Under the pieces are notes generated by a model. The model saw only the letters and a list, made by a program, of their open reading frames with translations. It made no database searches and was not told where the DNA came from. This document shows positions 7,774-20,200 of a stretch of DNA of 64,000 nt, piece by piece; the stretch's first letter is position 1; every line of letters starts with the position of its first letter. The translations under genes and the position numbers were made by a program. This DNA comes from Auanema rhodensis (Eukaryota; Animalia; Nematoda), in contig OZ059895.1 of NCBI GenBank assembly GCA_964057225.1, positions 4,340,001 to 4,404,000 on the forward strand, written 5' to 3'.

Positions 7774-8257
7774 TGAAATACAAATGTGGAAAGAAAAGAC
7801 AAAGAAAGGGAAGAGAAATAAATTTATTGAAAACAAAAGGAAACTTATAAAAATACAAAATATAATTGAACTGTCAAAATATGAAATAAAATTGTTTACA
7901 TCAACAATTTTAGGCCAAATAATCATTTTAATCATTTTATCATTTTATCTTAGATGTTCAGGTTGTTTGCATGGTGTTTACAAGCGTTGAGTTGATAACC
8001 TGCCAATAAAGTAACATCTTGAAATCTTAAACTGAAACTATAATATATATATATATTCTTGTTCTCCGTAACAAGACAAATCTAATTATGCTAATTTCAC
8101 GTATCTAACTATGCGTTATAAATTATGTGATTTTATAAATTGCATTGATGGTTAAGAAAGCTCAAGTTAACCATTTAATGGGATGTAACTAAGAAATTAT
8201 TTGAATAAGCAATCATTAAACCTTCATTTAGTTGTGGTTTTGAACACATTTGTGACA
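7774..8257 (-). repeat. 5' LTR (484 bp)
   Basis: Minus strand reads TGTCACAAATGTG...CACATTTGTATTTCA. It is directly followed by the PBS and matches 1450-1933. Confidence 0.97.
8131..8137 (-). promoter_or_regulatory. Candidate TATA box (TATAAAA) in the 5' LTR
   Basis: Canonical heptamer about 120 nt into the LTR. The LTR is very AT-rich, and the (AT)7 run at 8043-8056 is an alternative candidate. Confidence 0.3.
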
Positions 8258-8261
8258 ACAC
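8258..8261 (+). other. Target-site duplication, right copy (ACAC)
   Basis: Follows the ...TGTGACA LTR end directly. Confidence 0.9.
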
Positions 8262-11200
8262 TCAACATTGCTTCCAAAAACATTTTGACGAAAATTTTTT
8301 CGAAAAATTTCAAAATAATTTAGCAAAAAGTAGATGTTTTTAGATTCCTTTTTTTAAGGCAAAGATGATGGACAATGTTATTCAACGAAAAAATTAATTC
8401 TTCAGGGTGAAAATCGAGGATATAAGTGTGAACTTATATCAGTTGATATCTCGGTGCATTTTCAAGCTAGCGCAAATCTGATAACACAGATCGACGCAGC
8501 TTAAAAATCCGCATCGAATGCACTATACTTCATTGAGAAACGCTTAATACAAAAATTAGTTATGATCGTTTGAAAAATGATGCATTAGTGTATGTTGAGT
8601 TTCCATGTACACTCAACATTGCTTCCAAAAACATTTTGACAAAAATTTTTTCGAAAAATTTCCAAATAATTTAGCAAAAAGTAGATGTTTTTAGATTTCT
8701 TTTTTTAAGGCAAAGATGATGGACAATGTTATTCAACGAAAAAATTAATTCTTCAGGGTGAAAATCGAGGATATAAGTGTGAACTTATATCAGTTGATAT
8801 CTCGGTGAATTTTTAAGCTAGCGCAAATCTGATAACACAGATCGACGCAGCTTAAAAATCCGCATCGAATGCACTATACTACATTGAGAAACGCTTAATA
8901 CAAAAATTAGTTATGATCGTTTGAAAAATGATGCATTAGTGTATGTTGAGTTTCCATGTACACTCAACATTGCTTCCAAAAACATTTTGACAAAAATTTT
9001 TTCGAAAAATTTCCAAATAATTTAGCAAAAAGTAGATGTTTTTAGATTCCTTTTTTTAAGGCAAAAATGATGGACAATGTTCTTAAACGAAAAAATTAAT
9101 TCTTCAGGGTGAAAATCGAGGATATAAGTGTGAACTTATATCAGTTGATATCTCGGTGCATTTTTAAGCTAGCGCAAATCTGATAACACAGATCGACGCA
9201 GCTTAAAAATCCGCATCGAATGCACTATACTACATTGAGAAACGCTTAATACAAAAATTAGTTATGATCGTTTGAAAAATGATGCATTAGTGTATGTTGA
9301 GTTTCCATGTACACTCAACATTGCTTCCAAAAACATTTTGACAAAAATTTTTTCGAAAAATTTCAAAATAATTTAGCAAAAAGTAGATGTTTTTAGATTC
9401 CTTTTTTTAAGGCAAAGATGATGGACAATGTTATTCAACGAAAAAATTAATTCTTCAGGGTGAAAATCGAGGATATAAGTGTGAACTTATATCAGTTGAT
9501 ATCTCGGTGAATTTTTAAGCTAGCGCAAATCTGATAACACAGATCGACGCAGCTTAAAAATCCGCATCGAATGCACTATACTACATTGAGAAACGCTTAA
9601 TACAAAAATTAGTTATGATCGTTTGAAAAATGATGCATTAGTGTATGTTGAGTTTCCATGTACACTCAACATTGCTTCCAAAAACATTTTGACAAAAATT
9701 TTTTCGAAAAATTTCCAAATAATTTAGCAAAAAGTAGATGTTTTTAGATTCCTTTTTTTAAGGCAAAAATGATGGACAATGTTATTAAACGAAAAAATTA
9801 ATTCTTCAGGGTGAAAATCGAGGATATAAGTGTGAACTTATATCAGTTGATATCTCGGTGCATTTTTAAGCTAGCGCAAATCTGATAACACAGATCGACG
9901 CAGCTTAAAAATCCGCATCGAATGCACTATACTACATTGAGAAACGCTTAATACAAAAATTAGTTATGATCGTTTGAAAAATGATGCATTAGTGTATGTT
10001 GAGTTTCCATGTACACTCAACATTGCTTCCAAAAACATTTTGACAAAAATTTTTTCGAAAAATTTCAAAATAATTTAGCAAAAAGTAGATGTTTTTAGAT
10101 TCCTTTTTTTAAGGCAAAGATGATGGACAATGTTATTCAACGAAAAAATTAATTCTTCAGGGTGAAAATCGAGGATATAAGTGTGAACTTATATCAGTTG
10201 ATATCTCGGTGCATTTTCAAGCTAGCGCAAATCTGATAACACAGATCGACGCAGCTTAAAAATCCGCATCGAATGCACTATACTTCATTGAGAAACGCTT
10301 AATACAAAAATTAGTTATGATCGTTTGAAAAATGATACATTAGTGTATGTTGAGTTTCCATGTACACTCAACATTGCTTCCAAAAACATTTTGACAAAAA
10401 TTTTTTCGAAAAATTTCAAAATAATTTAGCAAAAAGTAGATGTTTTTAGATTCCTTTTTTCAAGGCAAAGATGATGGACAATGTTATTCAACGAAAAAAT
10501 TAATTCTTCAGGGTGAAAATCGAGGATATAAGTGTGAACTTATATCAGTTGATATCTCGGTGCATTTTCAAGCTAGCGCAAATCTGATAACACAGATCGA
10601 CGCAGCTTAAAAATCCGCATCGAATGCACTATACTTCATTGAGAAACGCTTAATACAAAAATTAGTTATGATCGTTTGAAAAATGATGCATTAGTGTATG
10701 TTGAGTTTCCATGTACACTCAACATTGCTTCCAAAAACATTTTGACAAAAATTTTTTCGAAAAATTTCAAAATAATTTAGCAAAAAGTAGATGTTTTTAG
10801 ATTCCTTTTTTTAAGGCAAAGATGATGGACAATGTTATTCAACGAAAAAATTAATTCTTCAGGGTGAAAATCGAGGATATAAGTGTGAACTTATATCAGT
10901 TGATATCTCGGTGAATTTTTAAGCTAGCGCAAATCTGATAACACAGATCGACGCAGCTTAAAAATCCGCATCGAATGCACTATACTACATTGAGAAACGC
11001 TTAATACAAAAATTAGTTATGATCGTTTGAAAAATGATGCATTAGTGTATGTTGAGTTTCCATGTATACTCAACATTGCTTCCAAAAACATTTTGACAAA
11101 AATTTTTTCGAAAAATTTCAAAATAATTTAGCAAAAAGTAGATGTTTTTAGATTTCTTTTTTTAAGGCAAAGATGATGGACAATGTTATTCAACGAAAAA

Positions 11201-14200
11201 ATTAATTCTTCAGGGTGAAAATCGAGGATATAAGTGTGAACTTATATCAGTTGATATCTCGGTGAATTTTTAAGCTAGCGCAAATCTGATAACACAGATC
11301 GACGCAGCTTAAAAATCCGCATCGAATGCATTATACTACATTGAGAAACGCTTAATACAAAAATTAGTTATGATCGTTTGAAAAATGATGCATTAGTGTA
11401 TGTTGAGTTTCCATGTACACTCAACATTGCTTCCAAAAACATTTTGACAAAAATTTTTTCGAAAAATTTCCAAATAATTTAGCAAAAAGTAGATGTTTTT
11501 AGATTCCTTTTTTTAAGGCAAAAATGATGGACAATGTTATTAAACGAAAAAATTAATTCTTCAGGGTGAAAATCGAGGATATAAGTGTGAACTTATATCA
11601 GTTGATATCTCGGTGCATTTTTAAGCTAGCGCAAATCTGATAACACAGATCGACGCAGCTTAAAAATCCGCATCGAATGCACTATACTACATTGAGAAAC
11701 GCTTAATACAAAAATTAGTTATGATCGTTTGAAAAATGATGCATTAGTGTATGTTGAGTTTCCATGTACACTCAACATTGCTTCCAAAAACATTTTGACA
11801 AAAATTTTTTCGAAAAATTTCAAAATAATTTAGCAAAAAGTAGATGTTTTTAGATTCCTTTTTCTAAGGCAAAGATGATGGACAATGTTATTCAACGAAA
11901 AAATTAATTCTTCAGGGTGAAAATCGAGGATATAAGTGTGAACTTATATCAGTTGATATCTCGTTGCATTTTCAAGCTAGCGCAAATCTGATAACACAGA
12001 TCGACGCAGCTTAAAAATCCGCATCGAATGCACTATACTACATTGAGAAACGCTTAATACAAAAATTAGTTATGATCGTTTGAAAAATGATGCATTAGTG
12101 TATGTTGAGTTTCCATGTACACTCAACATTGCTTCCAAAAACATTTTGACAAAAATTTTTTCGAAAAATTTCAAAATAATTTAGCAAAAAGTAGATGTTT
12201 TTAGATTCCTTTTTTTAAGGCAAAGATGATGGACAATGTTATTCAACGAAAAAATTAATTCTTCAGGGTGAAAATCGAGGATATAAGTGTGAACTTATAT
12301 CAGTTGATATCTCGGTGAATTTTTAAGCTAGCGCAAATCTGATAACACAGATCGACGCAGCTTAAAAATCCGCATCGAATGCACTATACTACATTGAGAA
12401 ACGCTTAATACAAAAATTAGTTATGATCGTTTGAAAAATGATGCATGAGTGTATGTTGAGTTTCCATGTACACTCAACATTGCTTCCAAAAACATTTTGA
12501 CAAAAATTTTTTCGAAAAATTTCAAAATAATTTAGCAAAAAGTAGATGTTTTTAGATTCCTTTTTTTAAGGCAAAAATGATGGACAATGTTATTAAACGA
12601 AAAAATTAATTCTTCAGGGTGAAAATCGAGGATATAAGTGTGAACTTATATCAGTTGATATCTCGGTGCATTTTTAAGCTAGCGCAAATCTGATAACACA
12701 GATCGACGCAGCTTAAAAATCCGCATCGAATGCACTATACTTCATTGAGAAACGCTTAATACAAAAATTAGTTATGATCGTTTGAAAAATGATGCATTAG
12801 TGTATGTTGAGTTTCCATGTACACTCAAAATTGCTTCCAAAAACATTTTGACAAAAATTTTTTCGAAAAATTTCAAAATAATTTAGCAAAAAGTAGATGT
12901 TTTTAGATTTTTTTTTTTAAGGCAAAGATGATGGACAATGTTATTCAACGAAAAAATTAATTCTTCAGGGTGAAAATCGAGGATATAAGTGTGAACTTAT
13001 ATCAGTTGATATCTCGGTGCATTTTTAAGCTAGCGCAAATCTGATAACACAGATCGACGCAGCTTAAAAATCCGCATCGAATGCACTATACTACATTGAG
13101 AAACGCTTAATACAAAAATTAGTTATGATCGTTTGAAAAATGATGCATTAGTGTATGTTGAGTTTCCATGTACACTCAACATTGCTTCCAAAAACATTTT
13201 GACAAAAATTTTTTCGAAAAATTTCAAAATAATTTAGCAAAAAGTAGATGTTTTTAGATTCCTTTTTTCAAGGCAAAGATGATGGACAATGTTATTCAAC
13301 GAAAAAATTAATTCTTCAGGGTGAAAATCGAGGATATAAGTGTGAACTTATATCAGTTGATATCTCGGTGCATTTTCAAGCTAGCGCAAATCTGATAACA
13401 CAGATCGACGCAGCTTAAAAATCCGCATCGAATGCACTATACTTCATTGAGAAACGCTTAATACAAAAATTAGTTATGATCGTTTGAAAAATGATGCATT
13501 AGTGTATGTTGAGTTTCCATGTACACTCAACATTGCTTCCAAAAACATTTTGACAAAAATTTTTTCGAAAAATTTCAAAATAATTTAGCAAAAAGTAGAT
13601 GTTTTTAGATTCCTTTTTTTAAGGCAAAGATGATGGACAATGTTATTCAACGAAAAAATTAATTCTTCAGGGTGAAAATCGAGGATATAAGTGTGAACTT
13701 ATATCAGTTGATATCTCGGTGAATTTTTAAGCTAGCGCAAATCTGATAACACAGATCGACGCAGCTTAAAAATCCGCATCGAATGCACTATACTACATTG
13801 AGAAACGCTTAATACAAAAATTAGTTATGATCGTTTGAAAAATGATGCATTAGTGTATGTTGAGTTTCCATGTATACTCAACATTGCTTCCAAAAACATT
13901 TTGACAAAAATTTTTTCGAAAAATTTCAAAATAATTTAGCAAAAAGTAGATGTTTTTAGATTTCTTTTTTTAAGGCAAAGATGATGGACAATGTTATTCA
14001 ACGAAAAAATTAATTCTTCAGGGTGAAAATCGAGGATATAAGTGTGAACTTATATCAGTTGATATCTCGGTGAATTTTTAAGCTAGCGCAAATCTGATAA
14101 CACAGATCGACGCAGCTTAAAAATCCGCATCGAATGCATTATACTACATTGAGAAACGCTTAATACAAAAATTAGTTATGATCGTTTGAAAAATGATGCA

Positions 14201-17200
14201 TTAGTGTATGTTGAGTTTCCATGTACACTCAACATTGCTTCCAAAAACATTTTGACAAAAATTTTTTCGAAAAATTTCCAAATAATTTAGCAAAAAGTAG
14301 ATGTTTTTAGATTCCTTTTTTTAAGGCAAAAATGATGGACAATGTTATTAAACGAAAAAATTAATTCTTCAGGGTGAAAATCGAGGATATAAGTGTGAAC
14401 TTATATCAGTTGATATCTCGGTGCATTTTTAAGCTAGCGCAAATCTGATAACACAGATCGACGCAGCTTAAAAATCCGCATCGAATGCACTATACTACAT
14501 TGAGAAACGCTTAATACAAAAATTAGTTATGATCGTTTGAAAAATGATGCATTAGTGTATGTTGAGTTTCCATGTACACTCAACATTGCTTCCAAAAACA
14601 TTTTGACAAAAATTTTTTCGAAAAATTTCAAAATAATTTAGCAAAAAGTAGATGTTTTTAGATTCCTTTTTCTAAGGCAAAGATGATGGACAATGTTATT
14701 CAACGAAAAAATTAATTCTTCAGGGTGAAAATCGAGGATATAAGTGTGAACTTATATCAGTTGATATCTCGTTGCATTTTCAAGCTAGCGCAAATCTGAT
14801 AACACAGATCGACGCAGCTTAAAAATCCGCATCGAATGCACTATACTACATTGAGAAACGCTTAATACAAAAATTAGTTATGATCGTTTGAAAAATGATG
14901 CATTAGTGTATGTTGAGTTTCCATGTACACTCAACATTGCTTCCAAAAACATTTTGACAAAAATTTTTTCGAAAAATTTCATAATAATTTAGCAAAAAGT
15001 AGATGTTTTTAGATTCCTTTTTTTAAGGCAAAGATGATGGACAATGTTATTCAACGAAAAAATTAATTCTTCAGGGTGAAAATCGAGGATATAAGTGTAA
15101 ACTTATATCAGTTGATATCTCGGTGAATTTTTAAGCTAGCGCAAATCTGATAACACAGATCGACGCAGCTTAAAAATCCGCATCGAATGCACTATACTAC
15201 ATTGAGAAACGCTTAATACAAAAATTAGTTATGATCGTTTGAAAAATGATGCATGAGTGTATGTTGAGTTTCCATGTACACTCAACATTGCTTCCAAAAA
15301 CATTTTGACAAAAATTTTTTCGAAAAATTTCAAAATAATTTAGCAAAAAGTAGATGTTTTTAGATTCCTTTTTTTAAGGCAAAAATGATGGACAATGTTA
15401 TTAAACGAAAAAATTAATTCTTCAGGGTGAAAATCGAGGATATAAGTGTGAACTTATATCAGTTGATATCTCGGTGCATTTTTAAGCTAGCGCAAATCTG
15501 ATAACACAGATCGACGCAGCTTAAAAATCCGCATCGAATGCACTATACTTCATTGAGAAACGCTTAATACAAAAATTAGTTATGATCGTTTGAAAAATGA
15601 TGCATTAGTGTATGTTGAGTTTCCATGTACACTCAAAATTGCTTCCAAAAACATTTTGACAAAAATTTTTTCGAAAAATTTCAAAATAATTTAGCAAAAA
15701 GTAGATGTTTTTAGATTTTTTTTTTTAAGGCAAAGATGATGGACAATGTTATTCAACGAAAAAATTAATTCTTCAGGGTGAAAATCGAGGATATAAGTGT
15801 GAACTTATATCAGTTGATATCTCGGTGCATTTTTAAGCTAGCGCAAATCTGATAACACAGATCGACGCAGCTTAAAAATCCGCATCGAATGCACTATACT
15901 ACATTGAGAAACGCTTAATACAAAAATTAGTTATGATCGTTTGAAAAATGATGCATTAGTGTATGTTGAGTTTCCATGTACACTCAACATTGCTTCCAAA
16001 AACATTTTGACAAAAATTTTTTCGAAAAATTTCAAAATAATTTAGCAAAAAGTAGATGTTTTTAGATTCCTTTTTTTAAGGCAAAGATGATGGACAATGT
16101 TATTCAACGAAAAAATTAATTCTTCAGGGTGAAAATCGAGGATATAAGTGTGAACTTATATCAGTTGATATCTCGGTGAATTTTTAAGCTAGCGCAAATC
16201 TGATAACACAGATCGACGCAGCTTAAAAATCCGCATCGAATGCACTATACTTCATTGAGAAACGCTTAATACAAAAATTAGTTATGATCGTTTGAAAAAT
16301 GATGCATTAGTGTATGTTGAGTTTCCATGTACACTCAAAATTGCTTCCAAAAACATTTTGACAAAAATTTTTTCGAAAAATTTCAAAATAATTTAGCAAA
16401 AAGTAGATGTTTTTAGATTTTTTTTTTTAAGGCAAAGATGATGGACAATGTTATTCAACGAAAAAATTAATTCTTCAGGGTGAAAATCGAGGATATAAGT
16501 GTGAACTTATATCAGTTGATATCTCGGTGCATTTTTAAGCTAGCGCAAATCTGATAACACAGATCGACGCAGCTTAAAAATCCGCATCGAATGCACTATA
16601 CTACATTGAGAAACGCTTAATACAAAAATTAGTTATGATCGTTTGAAAAATGATGCATTAGTGTATGTTGAGTTTCCATGTACACTCAACATTGCTTCCA
16701 AAAACATTTTGACAAAAATTTTTTCGAAAAATTTCAAAATAATTTAGCAAAAAGTAGATGTTTTTAGATTCCTTTTTCTAAGGCAAAGATGATGGACAAT
16801 GTTATTCAACGAAAAAATTAATTCTTCAGGGTGAAAATCGAGGATATAAGTGTGAACTTATATCAGTTGATATCTCGTTGCATTTTCAAGCTAGCGCAAA
16901 TCTGATAACACAGATCGACGCAGCTTAAAAATCCGCATCGAATGCACTATACTACATTGAGAAACGCTTAATACAAAAATTAGTTATGATCGTTTGAAAA
17001 ATGATGCATTAGTGTATGTTGAGTTTCCATGTACACTCAACATTGCTTCCAAAAACATTTTGACAAAAATTTTTTCGAAAAATTTCAAAATAATTTAGCA
17101 AAAAGTAGATGTTTTTAGATTCCTTTTTTTAAGGCAAAGATGATGGACAATGTTATTCAACGAAAAAATTAATTCTTCAGGGTGAAAATCGAGGATATAA

Positions 17201-20200
17201 GTGTGAACTTATATCAGTTGATATCTCGGTGAATTTTTAAGCTAGCGCAAATCTGATAACACAGATCGACGCAGCTTAAAAATCCGCATCGAATGCACTA
17301 TACTACATTGAGAAACGCTTAATACAAAAATTAGTTATGATCGTTTGAAAAATGATGCATGAGTGTATGTTGAGTTTCCATGTACACTCAACATTGCTTC
17401 CAAAAACATTTTGACAAAAATTTTTTCGAAAAATTTCAAAATAATTTAGCAAAAAGTAGATGTTTTTAGATTCCTTTTTTTAAGGCAAAAATGATGGACA
17501 ATGTTATTAAACGAAAAAATTAATTCTTCAGGGTGAAAATCGAGGATATAAGTGTGAACTTATATCAGTTGATATCTCGGTGCATTTTTAAGCTAGCGCA
17601 AATCTGATAACACAGATCGACGCAGCTTAAAAATCCGCATCGAATGCACTATACTTCATTGAGAAACGCTTAATACAAAAATTAGTTATGATCGTTTGAA
17701 AAATGATGCATTAGTGTATGTTGAGTTTCCATGTACACTCAAAATTGCTTCCAAAAACATTTTGACAAAAATTTTTTCGAAAAATTTCAAAATAATTTAG
17801 CAAAACGTAGATGTTTTTAGATTTTTTTTTTTAAGGCAAAGATGATGGACAATGTTATTCAACGAAAAAATTAATTCTTCAGGGTGAAAATCGAGGATAT
17901 AAGTGTGAACTTATATCAGTTGATATCTCGGTGCATTTTTAAGCTAGCGCAAATCTGATAACACAGATCGACGCAGCTTAAAAATCCGCATCGAATGCAC
18001 TATACTACATTGAGAAACGCTTAATACAAAAATTAGTTATGATCGTTTGAAAAATGATGCATTAGTGTATGTTGAGTTTCCATGTACACTCAACATTGCT
18101 TCCAAAAACATTTTGACAAAAATTTTTTCGAAAAATTTCAAAATAATTTAGCAAAAAGTAGATGTTTTTAGATTCCTTTTTTTAAGGCAAAGATGATGGA
18201 CAATGTTATTCAACGAAAAAATTAATTCTTCAGGGTGAAAATCGAGGATATAAGTGTGAACTTATATCAGTTGATATCTCGGTGAATTTTTAAGCTAGCG
18301 CAAATCTGATAACACAGATCGACGCAGCTTAAAAATCCGCATCGAATGCACTATACTACATTGAGAAACGCTTAATACAAAAATTAGTTATGATCGTTTG
18401 AAAAATGATGCATTAGTGTATGTTGAGTTTCCATGTACACTCAACATTGCTTCCAAAAACATTTTGACAAAAATTTTTTCGAAAAATTTCAAAATAATTT
18501 AGCAAAAAGTAGATGTTTTTAGATTCCTTTTTTTAAGGCAAAAATGATGGACAATGTTATTAAACGAAAAAATTAATTCTTCAGGGTGAAAATCGAGGAT
18601 ATAAGTGTGAACTTATATCAGTTGATATCTCGGTGCATTTTTAAGCTAGCGCAAATCTGATAACACAGATCGACGCAGCTTAAAAATCCGCATCGAATGC
18701 ACTATACTTCATTGAGAAACGCTTAATACAAAAATTAGTTATGATCGTTTGAAAAATGATGCATTAGTGTATGTTGAGTTTCCATGTACACTCAACATTG
18801 CTTCCAAAAACATTTTGACAAAAATTTTTTCGAAAAATTTCAAAATAATTTAGCAAAAAGTAGATGTTTTTAGATTCCTTTTTTTAAGGCAAAAATGATG
18901 GACAATGTTATTAAACGAAAAAATTAATTCTTCAGGGTGAAAATCGAGGATATAAGTGTGAACTTATATCAGTTGATATCTCGGTGCATTTTTAAGCTAG
19001 CGCAAATCTGATAACACAGATCGACGCAGCTTAAAAATCCGCATCGAATGCACTATACTTCATTGAGAAACGCTTAATACAAAAATTAGTTATGATCGTT
19101 TGAAAAATGATGCATTAGTGTATGTTGAGTTTCCATGTACACTCAAAATTGCTTCCAAAAACATTTTGACAAAAATTTTTTCGAAAAATTTCAAAATAAT
19201 TTAGCAAAAAGTAGATGTTTTTAGATTTTTTTTTTTAAGGCAAAGATGATGGACAATGTTATTCAACGAAAAAATTAATTCTTCAGGGTGAAAATCGAGG
19301 ATATAAGTGTGAACTTATATCAGTTGATATCTCGGTGCATTTTTAAGCTAGCGCAAATCTGATAACACAGATCGACGCAGCTTAAAAATCCGCATCGAAT
19401 GCACTATACTACATTGAGAAACGCTTAATACAAAAATTAGTTATGATCGTTTGAAAAATGATGCATTAGTGTATGTTGAGTTTCCATGTACACTCAACAT
19501 TGCTTCCAAAAACATTTTGACAAAAATTTTTTCGAAAAATTTCAAAATAATTTAGCAAAAAGTAGATGTTTTTAGATTCCTTTTTTTAAGGCAAAGATGA
19601 TGGACAATGTTATTCAACGAAAAAATTAATTCTTCAGGGTGAAAATCGAGGATATAAGTGTGAACTTATATCAGTTGATATCTCGGTGCATTTTTAAGCT
19701 AGCGCAAATCTGATAACACAGATCGACGCAGCTTAAAAATCCGCATCGAATGCACTATACTACATTGAGAAACGCTTAATACAAAAATTAGTTATGATCG
19801 TTTGAAAAATGATGCATTAGTGTATGTTGAGTTTCCATGTACACTCAACATTGCTTCCAAAAACATTTTGACAAAAATTTTTTCGAAAAATTTCAAAATA
19901 ATTTAGCAAAAAGTAGATGTTTTTAGATTCCTTTTTTTAAGGCAAAGATGATGGACAATGTTATTCAACGAAAAAATTAATTCTTCAGGGTGAAAATCGA
20001 GGATATAAGTGTGAACTTATATCAGTTGATATCTCGGTGAATTTTTAAGCTAGCGCAAATCTGATAACACAGATCGACGCAGCTTAAAAATCCGCATCGA
20101 ATGCACTATACTACATTGAGAAACGCTTAATACAAAAATTAGTTATGATCGTTTGAAAAATGATGCATTAGTGTATGTTGAGTTTCCATGTACACTCAAC

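Larger units (their letters stand above)
1450..8257 (-). mobile_element. Full-length Ty3/Gypsy (Metaviridae) LTR retrotransposon, 6808 bp, possibly related to nematode Cer elements
   Basis: Two 484-bp direct repeats with TG...CA ends, PBS, PPT and 4-bp TSD. One ORF with the Gypsy-type domain order Gag(CCHC)-PR-RT-RNaseH-IN. The Cer relationship is inference from the PBS. Confidence 0.97.
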
